Below, in pieces: positions 10,858 through 23,210 of a DNA stretch of 64,000 nt (its first letter is position 1; each line of letters starts with the position of its first letter). The stretch is from Chara braunii (lineage: Eukaryota > Plantae > Charophyceae). The notes under the pieces were generated by a model. It was not told where the DNA came from. It did not search any database and was given only the letters and a program-made list of their open reading frames with translations. The stretch spans positions 1,471,499 to 1,535,498 of the forward strand of contig BFEA01000030.1 in assembly GCA_003427395.1 (NCBI GenBank), written 5' to 3'. Position numbers and translations under genes: made by a program.

Positions 10858-13800
10858 CTATGACTGTGATATGTCAGTGGGGTCGGGTACGAGGACAAAG
10901 TCGGTTGGTTGAAAGGGGATGACGAAATGATCTTGAGGGAGGAATTCCCAAGCGGACTCGGTCGACATCCACGGTTGCCATTGCAAGTTTTCAGGACGGT
11001 GAAGTGTGCAAAGTCTACCTTTCGGGTCCACCCACGTCGTCCGGAAGTTGTCTAGCATCTGTCGCCTCTTAGGTTCTTCTGATTCTTTACGTAGGTCAGA
11101 TTGAAGCTCCTTCCATGCTGCTTGTGTCTGACAGACTATTGTGTCTGCGATCGTTGCTCTTGCTTGCATAAAGGTGAAGGTATTCTGACCTCTCTCGTGG
11201 GCACATCTCATCCGCCATGCTGTCATGAGCAGTGCCANNNNNNNNNNNNNNNNNNNNNNNNNNNNNNNNNNNNNNNNNNNNNNNNNNNNNNNNNNNNNNN
11301 NNNNNNNNNNNNNNNNNNNNNNNNNNNNNNNNNNNNNNNNNNNNNNNNNNNNNNNNNNNNNNNNNNNNNNNNNNNNNNNNNNNNNNNNNNNNNNNNNNNN
11401 NNNNNNNNNNNNNNNNNNNNNNNNNNNNNNNNNNNNNNNNNNNNNNNNNNNNNNNNNNNNNNNNNNNNNNNNNNNNNNNNNNNNNNNNNNNNNNNNNNNN
11501 NNNNNNNNNNNNNNNNNNNNNNNNNNNNNNNNNNNNNNNNNNNNNNNNNNNNNNNNNNNNNNNNNNNNNNNNNNNNNNNNNNNNNNNNNNNNNNNNNNNN
11601 NNNNNNNNNNNNNNNNNNNNNNNNNNNNNNNNNNNNNNNNNNNNNNNNNNNNNNNNNNNNNNNNNNNNNNNNNNNNNNNNNNNNNNNNNNNNNNNNNNNN
11701 NNNNNNNNNNNNNNNNNNNNNNNNNNNNNNNNNNNNNNNNNNNNNNNNNNNNNNNNNNNNNNNNNNNNNNNNNNNNNNNNNNNNNNNNNNNNNNNNNNNN
11801 NNNNNNNNNNNNNNNNNNNNNNNNNNNNNNNNNNNNNNNNNNNNNNNNNNNNNNNNNNNNNNNNNNNNNNNNNNNNNNNNNNNNNNNNNNNNNNNNNNNN
11901 NNNNNNNNNNNNNNNNNNNNNNNNNNNNNNNNNNNNNNNNNNNNNNNNNNNNNNNNNNNNNNNNNNNNNNNNNNNNNNNNNNNNNNNNNNNNNNNNNNNN
12001 NNNNNNNNNNNNNNNNNNNNNNNNNNNNNNNNNNNNNNNNNNNNNNNNNNNNNNNNNNNNNNNNNNNNNNNNNNNNNNNNNNNNNNNNNNNNNNNNNNNN
12101 NTGGGACCACAGTCCTCTTGGGGCCGTAGTCTCTCCATAGACGTATCATCGCTGGCCACATGGGATCCGTGCGCAGATCCCATCTTGCTTGGCCGGCGGG
12201 AGACCTGTCCGAATCCGCACGGGGGTAGGTGGGGATAGACCGGGTTGGATCAGTTAACCAATAGAGGGGGTGCACCGGGCTATCGTGAGGTGACAGCGGG
12301 GCAAGGCAGGCGATCTGGATCAGCGCGTAAGGGGCCCATGGGATGTCATTGGCCAGGAGTAATCTGATAATGAACTTGAATAACAGTGCCTGGATTTCCC
12401 TGCCCGGGTCGATTATTCCCAGCCCCTCCCTAGTCCTTGGTTGGACAAGTGTATCCCAGGGTACTCGTTTTAAGCAACAAATATCGTTGTGGTCATTTTT
12501 CCACAGGTAGGTCGTTGCCGCCTGTCTCTGTTTGGTAAGTTGTTTGTCAGTGAGTAGCCAAAAGGCCACTTTATACCATATTGAGGCGAAGATGGAGTTA
12601 TTAATTGCAAGAGCCCGACCCACCAGGGAGGTTGGTTTTGTGTCCCATCTTGCCATGCGTTGTATGGCAATAGTCACTATTGCGTCCCCGTGATTTGGCG
12701 GTGGGCCCAGGGCCGTGATGTTGACTCCCAGCACAGTTATGGCAGCATTCTTTTCCTTCCACTCTACCGGGGGATGTGTAGGTGGTTGGGCATCCTGCCA
12801 GTTGAGCCACCAGCCTTCCGTTTTGGTCCCCCAGTTGACCTTCATGTCTGCTGCGATCTCAAAGAGACGTATTGTGTGTGTTAAAGCTTGAAAGCTCTGT
12901 TAATTGGTCATGAACAGAACTGTGAGATCGTCAGCGAATAAGGATGTTGTGGGGATAAGGTGTGTCGGGATCTCAGGCACACAAATCTTTTGTATAACCG
13001 GGTTCGATCTTATCATTGTTGCCAAGGTCTCCATGACTAAGACAAACAGCATCGGTGCTATGGGATCTCCTTGTCTCACCGATCGTTGAAGGCGGAACGG
13101 GGCTGCGAGGTGTCCATTAAGCATGATATTGGTGGAGGCCGTTCTATGGAAGATGTTGACCCATATGCAGAATCGCGGCCCGAACTGCATTTTATTTAAG
13201 CACAGTTGCAGAAAGTCTCAATCGACGTGGTCATACGCTTTTTCAAAGTCAATAAAGAGTATGGCGGCGTCGACCTTCCTTTGGCGTGCATATCGGATGG
13301 TCTCATTGACCAGCAAGATATTGTCCTGTATGTTTCTGTTGGGCATGAAGCCTGACTGATCTGGGTGTATTAGATGCGGCAAGGTCGGTAGTAGCCTTTT
13401 CGCCCATGCTTTGGCCACTATCTTGTATGGGACAGGTAAGAGGGTTATCGGGCGGTAGTTCCTTATCTCCTCTTTGTCACCCTTTTTATCCAGCAGGGTG
13501 GTTACCTCTTGGCCGATCATCTCGCCAAATGTCTCCTCATGAAACACTGCATTTACATACCCTAGAAAGTCTTCCTTGAAAGTTTCCCCAAAAAGAAGCC
13601 AGAATTCTTTGGGGAAGGCGTCCACCCCGGTGTTTTTTCGTCATCCATGTCCTGCAGCGCCTGCAGGAGCTCTGTCGGGGTAAGAGAGTTATCCAAGGTA
13701 TGTCTTTGTTGTGTTGACAGCAGGGAGGGGAGGGCGTGTAAAAGCTCCTCTCTCTCCTCTTCCAGGGCCTGGGGCTGTCTCTGGCTAGTCTCAGAGGTGC

Positions 13801-16800
13801 ATAGGTGGTTATAATAGGTGGAGGCGTAGTCCACAATTTGATAGGCATTTGTAGCCTTTGGTTGTGTGACATCGAACGAGTGTTTTAGGGATGGCACCAC
13901 ATTCTGTCTGGCTCTTGCCTTCGCTTTGTTAAAGAAAGTCTTGGTCATCATACCCTCAGATGCATCTTTTTTTATCTTCGCTTGGATCCTCCATTTTTGG
14001 GCCTGGTTATCAAGAAAATCCTGTAGCTGGGCCCTTGCTCTTTGAAGCGCGTCGTACGTGGGAAGGTCCAAGGGGTTATNCATGAGGTGNCNGTCCNAGT
14101 CCTCCAGTTGGAGCAGCAGACGGTCCAGAACAGCCTNACNATCCCGTGCTATTTGGATGAAGANCCTTTTAACTCTCTCCCTGAGTTGAGCTATCCCGTT
14201 ATTGAACCAGTCTACCACAGAGCCTTCCTGCGGCCTGGTTGTGGTCCAAAAACCCCAGAAATCCTTTACCAGTTTTTCCAAAGCCNTTTTTTTCAGGAGG
14301 GATGCGTTGAATTNGAAAAAACTNGGGCCTTTAGATANGTGGGTGTGAAACGAGAGGCCTATGGCAATCATACGGTGGTCAAAGGAAGTACATGGAGNNA
14401 ATGGGAGGATGTCAGNCACCGTTAGTAAGCCCNTCAGGTCCTCTNACACCAAGGNCAGATCTATGCGTGAATTCGATACCCCTCCCGGGCCTCTAGAGCG
14501 CACGCATGTGTATGCCCTTTTACTCGGGTGGAGATGTCTCTAGGAGTCCAGTAATCCTAATTCTGTCATCATGTGGTCTAGAGCCAGACTGTCCTGTCCC
14601 CTTTCCCTGAGACCATCTTGTTGAGATGATGACCGCCTGTCTAGATTAGGATCCAGAGTGGTGTTAAAGTCCCCCATCATGATGATGGGAACATTCCTTG
14701 GTAGTGCTTGAAGCAGACTGTTGAACAACCGCACCCGATGGGCCGGGTCATTGGGGGCGTATACACTAACGAGGCAGATTTCCTCTGCCTCGAAGGATGC
14801 TTTTACCCATACCCATCTGCCTTCCACCTGGTCCCAACCTGACTGTACCGGTATTAATCTAGATGCAGGGTTGAGCCATATGGCCACACCCGTCGAGGCC
14901 GCTGATTTGGCCGGGGCAGCAAAGGATGTGTGTGGCTGTCGCGCTCGGACTTGGTGTGTGGGAGAGGTTGTGAGATGTGTTTCTTGCACTGCAATGACGT
15001 CAGGCCATTTGCCTTTCAAATCCCTCGTTATAAGGTTCCAGAGTGCCGCTGTTTTTTGTTCGCTTGTCTGTGATAGGTCATTTGCGTTCACTGATCGAAT
15101 GTCCAAGTCAGTCTCTCCTAGCTTTTGTGCCCACGCCGGCTGGCGGCGGATCGGTGGTGGGGGACGAGGGGGGCTGGGGCAAACCGGGTCTGGCGGCACG
15201 GCGGGACCCTGGTGGTGCACATTGTCACCTTCATCCGAATAGTCTGGGAGCTCGTCAACTTGCTCTCTCCCCCGAACTCTCACCATTTCTGCATGTTGTT
15301 GTTGCTGCGCCATTGGCTGTTTGGGTTATTGTCTTGTTGGAACTGCCTAATCATTCCCCGCTGCCCCAGCGGATAGGCTAGCGACGAATGGGGGATCATC
15401 CCATGTTCTGCTGGCGTCCAACGTCTCATCGTCCAGTAGGCACCGTATGAAGAGCACCTGGTCTTCCGCAGACCACACATTGTTTGTGCGCATTCGAGAA
15501 ATTGAGGTATCCAACAGCTGTTGTTGGGACAGCCAGTTAAAATGGTTGTCATGTTGTACTTGCTGTTGGTTTTGGCCGAAGAGGACGAAGACTGGTGTGA
15601 CATTTTTGGGAAGCGGGATTCCCTGCGGTAAGACTGTCCCGATGGCTCCCTGGTCCCCCTGCTGGATTATATGGTTTCTCAGCATGTGACGGGTGAGCCT
15701 TTGCGGGTTCGGGCCTCTCCATCCCTGTATCGTAAGGCTCGTAGGGGCGTTCTGCGTTCCTTTAAGAGTACGCGTCGCCAATCTGGGGACCCGCGGCGTG
15801 GTCAATCTAAGGCCTAGCTGCCAGGGTTCATCCTGGTTTGTTCTTCTAATTGGAAGGATCACCACCCCTTCATGAGCTGCCTCTCTCGGGAAGGGCATCG
15901 CAGTTGGGGACATACAGTCAGCGAAGAGGACACGTTTGGGGAGCAGTCCCTCTTCTTTGTCTCCAGTGTTCGATGAAAGGGTAATAGCAGGGTATGTGGG
16001 CGTTTGTTGTTGTGGCTGTTTCTGTCTTACGGTTGTGCTCCTCAACAGAGGTAGATCCCACTCAAATTCTGAGTAAGAGGTCCAACACTCTTCTTGCTAT
16101 TCAATCTCGTTTTGTAGCAGGGCCTTTGGGGAACCGGTCTCAGAGTCAGTTTCAGACTCCGATTCCGAATCGGACGTTGAGGTCTGTGCTGTGCCGTTTT
16201 GTAGCATGAGAGTTTGCTGTGGACCGAGGATGAGGGCAGTTGTTACTAGTTCCTGAGATACTGATGATATTCCTTGAATGTGTAGGATTGGTCGGAGAAG
16301 GTGTTGAGGGACACATCCGAGTACATTGGTTGCCCCCTGAACTCCTTCCGTCGACCGCACCCCAACTGTGTCCTCCAGCTCTTCTATTATGATGTCTGGC
16401 CAGCATATGCCGTCATGGGACAGACCCTGCCTGCTCAATTCTTCTGTATCATTGTCCAACAAGAGGCTTTGATTTTGCTGTAGCAATGTCTTTTTCTCTG
16501 CCATTTTCTGAAGAATTCTGTTGAGAAGACCATGGACAAATGCCATGATTTGTGCCGCCACCGCATTCCAGTCAATTTCAGCAGGATTTCGGGCAGAATC
16601 CAGAAGTGATTTGACCGATTCTGTATTCATAAAGGCTCTTCTGAGTTTTTCCCAGTGCAGCGGCGGTATGAGGGAGTGTTCACCCCCTTTGGCAGATTTT
16701 AGTAAGTTCAGTAACACTGTGTCTGTTATGGCTTTCAATCTCGCGCGGACCCTTTTGTCTCTGGAGGCTCTTTTTGGTGCCCTGTGGTTCCTGCCTCTTT

Positions 16801-17191
16801 CCTTTTCCGGCGAAGAGTCTCCCTGGTTTTCCCCCACCTGCCTCATGTCCACCTCCGTTCCCGGGGGAGGGGGGGAACCTCCTCCACTGGGGGGGNNNNN
16901 NNNNNNNNNNNNNNNNNNNNNNNNNNNNNNNNNNNNNNNNNNNNNNNNNNNNNNNNNNNNNNNNNNNNNNNNGGGGTGTCCCAGAACTGTGTTGAGATGT
17001 GGCCTGGCCTGGGCTCGAAGAATTGCTGCCACCTCCGGTAGGACAGTGAATGTCGGGGTGGGTGACATACCCAGGGGCTGCTGCATTATTTGCAGTCCAA
17101 TGTCTTTTGGAGGCATAGGGGGAGGGGGGCCTGACAGATCCATTGGGAGGTGGTCCATGGGATCCTGTGTTGTCCTCTCTACTCCTTCCAT
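10858..17191 (-). pseudogene. LINE ORF2: long N-terminal extension + APE endonuclease (from ~15110) + reverse transcriptase
   Basis: IAVQETH, SVYAPND, MGDFN, SRIDL, FDHRMI (APE); KTPG, NYRPITLL, QSGF, IDFEKAYD, VRQGDPIAPMLF, LFADDL (RT). ORFs starting at 17191, 16045, 15313 and 14503 are all in one frame, separated by point stops. Confidence 0.9.
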
Positions 17192-17221
17192 GTCTGTCAG
17201 CGAGTTGTCTGGCCGTCTCAG

Positions 17222-19442
17222 CTAGGACGCTGCGAAGGCATTTGCCTTTTCCTTCCATAATCCCATTGTTTTCTGGCAGCGCTCTATTCTTTCCCAGTTG
17301 TTTGATCCTTTTTTTCTTATTATAGAGGCATGCGTCCCCAAGTACAGCCCTTTTTTGGTGCCTTTTGTGGGGCAGGGTTTGCCTTGCGCATGGGGAGGGG
17401 GAGGGAGGGGTAGGGGGTAGGGGGTCGAGGCCGTGGAGGATCCTTCGTTTGACAGTCGCTTTTCAAATCCAGTTTTTTCACCGTTGTCAGCTTGGGGCTC
17501 CTCCTCGCTGTGTCTCTCCTCCATCCTCGTTTTTTCCTTCAGCTCATTCTGTCGTTTGATCTCTCTCTCCTTTTCTCTCACTCGTTCTTTTTCTCTCTCC
17601 CTCTCTCCCTCCCTCTCTCTCTCCCTTTCCTTCTCATTGGCCCTCTCCTTTTCCCTTTGTTTTTCCCTTTCGGTTTCAGCCTCTTTCTCTCTCAGTGCCA
17701 GTTGTCTTTCCCTGTCCTGCTCCTGCTCCCTCTGCCGTTTCCTCAATTCTTCGTATTCTCTGTGTTTTTCGACCTCCCTTTGTTTCTCATCCTGTCTCTC
17801 CTTCTCCCTTCTCCTGCCACTCTCTTTGCTTCCCTCGCCTTGTTTGTCCTTAACAACCCATTGTTTGCCTTTCCCGTCTGTTCTAGTCATGCCTGTTTTC
17901 TGAGTGGATCCCATTTCCCTGTTTGGGGCACTTGGAGCCGTCAGTTGGGATTGCTGTGTATTGCTCCGTGGCATTGTGTTATTGGCAGGAGATCTCCCCG
18001 GCCGCCCCTGACCTTCCCATTCCCAGGTACCTGGTTGCTTGATGGAGGTCCGTCGAAATACCCATCCTTCAAATGCTGGGTCTTCAGGAACCCACCGTCC
18101 CGGCCCTTCCGGGTGGGGCTGCACCAGCCCTTTGAGCTGGCGTCCCTTCATGTTGGGGCATTGGGGGTCTATGCATAAGTGCCCCCTTGTGTTGCATGCA
18201 TAGCACCAGGGGTCCTGCGGGTGGTTAACTTGTACCGCATGGGTTCGGCCGTCGTGGTGGAAGGACCACTGTCCACTTACCGGAAAACCTTTTGAGGGGT
18301 CCCAGTCAACGGCGACGAGCAGGGTATCGTCCATCGTCCCTTTTAGGGAGAAATTGCGGCTGGTCTGTGATATATCCAAGGATCGGCGCAATTTGTTGTA
18401 GATCTGCTAGGAATGCTCCTTGTACCGCGAGCGGGGCAAAGCAGAATTCCACCCAGAAGTGACTCCTCATCAGTTGCTCTCTCCGCTGGTCTGTGGTGAA
18501 GGGTGTTGCCAGTTGCCAGCGTCGAACCTTAACCTAGTGATTTTTGTATCTGAGCTCCTGCATTTTCATTAGATTAATCCTATCTTTAGGATGGATGGTT
18601 ATGACCGTTATACTGTTCGGTCCGGCCGTCTCCACCAGGAAGTGATCTTCCACAGCCTGGTCGTCTGTTTTAATGGTCCTCAACTTTCCTTGCACCCACC
18701 TTAATTTGTCATTGATGGGTGAAGCCCCGAACACTTGGGGAAAGATGAATTGCACTGCATTGTGCGAGTAGATATGGTTCCTGTTTGCCACCGCCTGTGA
18801 GGGGAATATGACATGAGGATAGATGTATCCATCTTTCTCAATATACTTATTACCGGGGCGGATGTGAGGTTTTTGAATGAAGTGCGCTTTCATCAGTCCG
18901 ATGGCATCGAGTGAGATCACCTCTCCTGGTGTACTCGTCCCTGCTCCAGCCAGGGCTTGCCTGAGAGCTTGGGTGTCCCTTGAGGGCTTCTGTCCCAGAT
19001 CCTGCTGTTGCACCGTTTGCAATGATTGTGACAGTAATCTATCCTCCGTACCAGGAGGTGGGGGTTCCGGTGGTGGGGACGTGTTCCCTTGAATCAGTTT
19101 GTCCTTATATGAGCCAGCCGTCGTGCTAGTCCTGCCCCCCTCCCCCTGATTACCCTTCCTTCCTCTCTCGAGTTGTTGAACCTGGTCATAGGGTGTGGCC
19201 AGATTCATCGAGGGAGAGTCTTCCAGCAGCCCCCTATCCGTCCCTGGTGGAGGCGGTTCCGGGGAGCAAGGCGGGGTGCTATGGGGATCTCGGTCTCGAT
19301 CCTGGTCAGACTGCGCAGGGCACCTATCTAACCCATTTGTGCACCCATTGATTTGGTTATGATCCCTAAGCCCTTGCCTTGTGTCATCTTGTTTCTTCCT
19401 TTTGATTTTGATTCTCCCCCGGCCCTTGCTAGCGTAGGTCAT
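17222..19442 (-). pseudogene. LINE ORF1 (RRM-like region, CCHC zinc knuckle, charged coiled coil)
   Basis: PWCYACNTRGHLCIDPQCP; REQLMRSHFWVEF matches KEQLMSSYYWVEY of LINE-B; one stop (18534) and one frameshift (~18335). Confidence 0.85.
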
Positions 19443-19592
19443 CCTGGTGGCCGGAGCACGGGATCAGGTGCACGCGTGATTCGAGTATTGGTATTGAGAC
19501 CGTAAGAACGATTATACAGATGGTGATGTCAGTAGTCCCTGGTGTTGGGAGTTCAGCGGTNTGTGTACGCGCGCTTCGAGTGTCAGTATTGC

Positions 19593-19830
19593 GGTCATAG
19601 GTACAATCAATCATACATTGTAAGCCAGGGGGGGGGCGGTAGAGGGGTCAGTTAGGGAGAAGCAAGGGGGGAGTGATCGTGTAGGTTTGAGCGGGGGAGG
19701 GAATGTCGGTAATGTGGTCATGGGTACAATCCATCATACATTGTACGGCAGGGGGTTGGGGGGGGGGGGGTTGGTAGAGGGGTTAGTCAGGGAGAAGCAG
19801 GGATGGAGGGAGCAATCAGGTAGGTTTGAA
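19593..19830. repeat. Tandem ~123-bp duplication at the 5' end of LINE-A
   Basis: GGTCAT.GGTACAATC.ATCATACATTGTA...G-run...GTAGAGGGG..AGT.AGGGAGAAGCA...GTAGGTTTGA occurs twice. Confidence 0.75.
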
Positions 19831-22334
19831 CGGGAGAGGTAAGATGGGGGCGCCGGCCAGGGTCGGTCTCACCCGCCACCCGTCTAAGGTGGTTGTCGAT
19901 AACTCCGATCGCTTCTGCTCCCTCCCTGATTCGCTCATCATGCCTTGCAGGGCCGAGTTGTCATATTCCGCCGTAAGCCGATCTCATCGTCGTTCCTGCC
20001 TCCCTCGCCCCAGCTGCCTTGTCGTCCCGCTTCTCTCTCTGTCCCCTACCACCTTGTCTCCCTTCCCCCCACACAGCCCTCACCTTTCCCTTCTCCCCCC
20101 CCTTTTCCACCCTTTGCGTCCTTCTATTCTCTGTTGAGGTGCCGTTCTCAATCCCCCCCCTCACCTCCTCCATCCCCCCATTTTAGTATGTGTTGCCTCT
20201 TTCATAACTCCCTCCTGTTGGCGAGACACATCAGTCACTAGCGTGTTTTCGTATCTCCCCTATACGCAACTTGTGTAGGCTAATCTCGTCAGCCGCNGGC
20301 ACTGTCTTCAGCTTTCTCTTCGTGCTTCCTTTCNGGATTCTCTCCCTCTTTGTGCCCTCTCCTCTCCCTCCCTTCTCTCTCACCGTCAGTCTCACCTTTC
20401 CCTCTATCGTCTATCTGCCACCGCTTGTCACTATACTTCAGGCCACGTGGACGCATCCGAGGGGGGTGTCCTCAGCCACNCATGCATGCTATGGCGACAG
20501 GGTCCCTTCGCCCAACTCGGTCGTTTCGAGTTAGTCAACGGGAGTGCGGTCGGGCCTTGCCGTACCGGTCCCGTTAGCGCGTCACNNNNNNNNNNNNNNN
20601 NNNNNNNNNNNNNNNNNNNNNNNNNNNNNNNNNNNNNNNNNNNNNNNNNNNNNNNNNNNNNNNNNNNNNNNNNNNNNNNNNNNNNNNNNNNNNNNNNNNN
20701 NNNNNNNNNNNNNNNNNNNNNNNNNNNNNNNNNNNNNNNNNNNNNNNNNNNNNNNNNNNNNNNNNNNNNNNNNNNNNNNNNNNNNNNNNNNNNNNNNNNN
20801 NNNNNNNNNNNNNNNNNNNNNNNNNNNNNNNNNNNNNNNNNNNNNNNNNNNNNNNNNNNNNNNNNNNNNNNNNNNNNNNNNNNNNNNNNNNNNNNNNNNN
20901 NNNNNNNNNNNNNNNNNNNNNNNNNNNNNNNNNNNNNNNNNNNNNNNNNNNNNNNNNNNNNNNNNNNNNNNNNNNNNNNNNNNNNNNNNNNNNNNNNNNN
21001 NNNNNNNNNNNNNNNNNNNNNNNNNNNNNNNNNNNNNNNNNNNNNNNNNNNNNNNNNNNNNNNNNNNNNNNNNNNNNNNNNNNNNNNNNNNNNNNNNNNN
21101 NNNNNNNNNNNNNNNNNNNNNNNNNNNNNNNNNNNNNNNNNNNNNNNNNNNNNNNNNNNNNNNNNNNNNNNNNNNNNNNNNNNNNNNNNNNNNNNNNNNN
21201 NNNNNNNNNNNNNNNNNNNNNNNNNNNNNNNNNNNNNNNNNNNNNNNNNNNNNNNNNNNNNNNNNNNNNNNNNNNNNNNNNNNNNNNNNNNNNNNNNNNN
21301 NNNNNNNNNNNNNNNNNNNNNNNNNNNNNNNNNNNNNNNNNNNNNNNNNNNNNNNNNNNNNNNNNNNNNNNNNNNNNNNNNNNNNNNNNNNNNNNNNNNN
21401 NNNNNNNNNNNNNNNNNNNNNNNNNNNNNNNNNNNNNNNNNNNNNNNNNNNNNNNNNNNNNNNNNNNNNNNNNNNNNNNNNNNNNNNNNNNNNNNNNNNN
21501 NNNNNNNNNNNNNNNNNNNNNNNNNNNNNNNNNNNNNNNNNNNNNNNNNNNNNNNNNNNNNNNNNNNNNNNCAGGCCCTGACACCACTGCCACCCGTGAG
21601 TTACAAACGCCTTTTCGAACTCAGGCCCTCCCACAGACGCCGAAGGCTGTTTTAAGTGCCCATTACAAACTTCCATGTGACATAAACATACTTCCCCCTT
21701 TTTTATATTATTATTTTTCAATTACCTGTCGAAACTGGACAGGACGGCCTTATTTCCTGATTTTTTCTCACCTTCGGATCTGGCTTTAGTCGATCTTCAA
21801 TGGTATGGGGTGGAAGCTGAGTGAGAAGGCTTCAATTGCTGATGATTATTCTATTATCTAAGTAGTAAGAAGGAGAGCAAGGGGCAACTAGCTTGTTGTG
21901 TCATGTTTTGATCTGGCGACTCATAAATTGCTGAAGAGGCAGTTATCTTGCTCTTGATAGATTAGGTTGTTTTCCTTCAAGTTGGTTCCCGGGTCCCTTC
22001 GGATCTCGTTAAAAGCAAAACTGGGTAAGGCTCCCAGACATGTTACATATCCGGGTAGACTGTGAGGACCCCGGCCTCATCCTTATCCTTTGGAATTGAT
22101 GCCTTGGGCACTGGGCCCCTTTTTTTTTTTTTTTTTTTTAAAGGCCTTTTTTATTGTCATCATAGTATTACAGGGAACCCTGTAGCAGCCACATCCGTGC
22201 GCAAGCCTCCAAAGAGGGAATATGGGGGAGCTGCACCCACCAGCAGGTGGTCGATACTGGCAAGGAGCATCAGGACCGAGCTTCTTCGATGGGCCAGTCA
22301 CTGTGCCTCCCCTCCGGGCAGTTCTGTTTGTGAC

Positions 22335-22336
22335 GA

Positions 22337-22367
<31 letters not shown>

Positions 22368-22466
22368 CGTCATATATATATATATATATCGTCACATATA
22401 TATATATATATATATATATCGTCACAATATATATATATATATATCGTCATATATATATATATATAT
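22335..22466. repeat. (AT)n microsatellite punctuated by ATCGTCA
   Basis: Directly visible. Confidence 0.9.
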
Positions 22467-23210
22467 GTTAACTGCCTGGCCTGCATAACGAACCAGGAGG
22501 TCCTACAAACGTGTCCTGACCCACGTACTCTCCCATGCTAGTTTGTACACCCCCCCTAATCTTTTCTACAGGCTAGCCACATAGTCTGTGGGACCCGCAT
22601 GATGAGTTGAAAGGTCCTGGGGAACCAGGAGAGATGCATCGCAGACCAAATTATAACGTGTTTGTCTTTCCCCTATAGGGTCTCTCCACCACTCTTGATT
22701 TTACGTTTTTCCAGAGTGGTGCTCCACTCCACCTGACTCTCGATTGAGTACTCTATATAACTGATTGAGTGCTGTCAGCCCTCAGGCTGCACACTCTCAA
22801 AAAATCCAGTGCTCTCAATTTTTGCGAGTGGACCACGTGTTGGCACCCAGCTGTCAATTTTTCTCTTTCTCTTTTGTTTTTTTTTCGTCGTTATGTGTAG
22901 AGATGAAAGGAAAAAACAAAAGAAGAACAGTGCATCCTCCGAGAGAAGAGAGAGAGAGTAGATGGAGTGCAGAAGAGGAAATGCTATTTTTCGAGGGTCC
23001 AGAAAGTCTCAACCACGGGCCTCTCTGCTGTATTCACGAAAAGTGCGAAATGAGAATGAATCTTCCGCTAGAGCATGGAAACATACACCGCCACATTTTT
23101 TGCCATTTGTGCATGGGGTGAGTAGTGGAGCCAGGCCCCAACTCTCCATTTTCTGGTTGAGTCCAGAGTGGTGGAGCGCCTCACTACTCCCACAATGTGG
23201 AGAGTGAGAC

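Larger units (their letters stand above)
10800..19614 (-). mobile_element. Near full-length L1/Tx1-like LINE (LINE-A), decayed, contains gaps
   Basis: ORF1 with zinc knuckle, APE endonuclease, RT and C-terminal region in canonical order. Confidence 0.93.

Noticed and set aside
11101-12238. Long ORFs spanning N runs (also 20447-21721, 56378-57721, 61722-62591)
   Set aside because: They are open only because of assembly gaps.
20440-20585. Possible HDV-like ribozyme or SINE head in GC-rich UTR-like sequence (also 40360-40640)
   Set aside because: I could not build the nested double pseudoknot or find A/B boxes by eye; it needs an Infernal or RNArobo search.
21572-22640. Possible minus-strand integrase remnant
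   Set aside because: Only weak motif hints (DWP...PYSLFG) across frameshifts; not supportable without a search.
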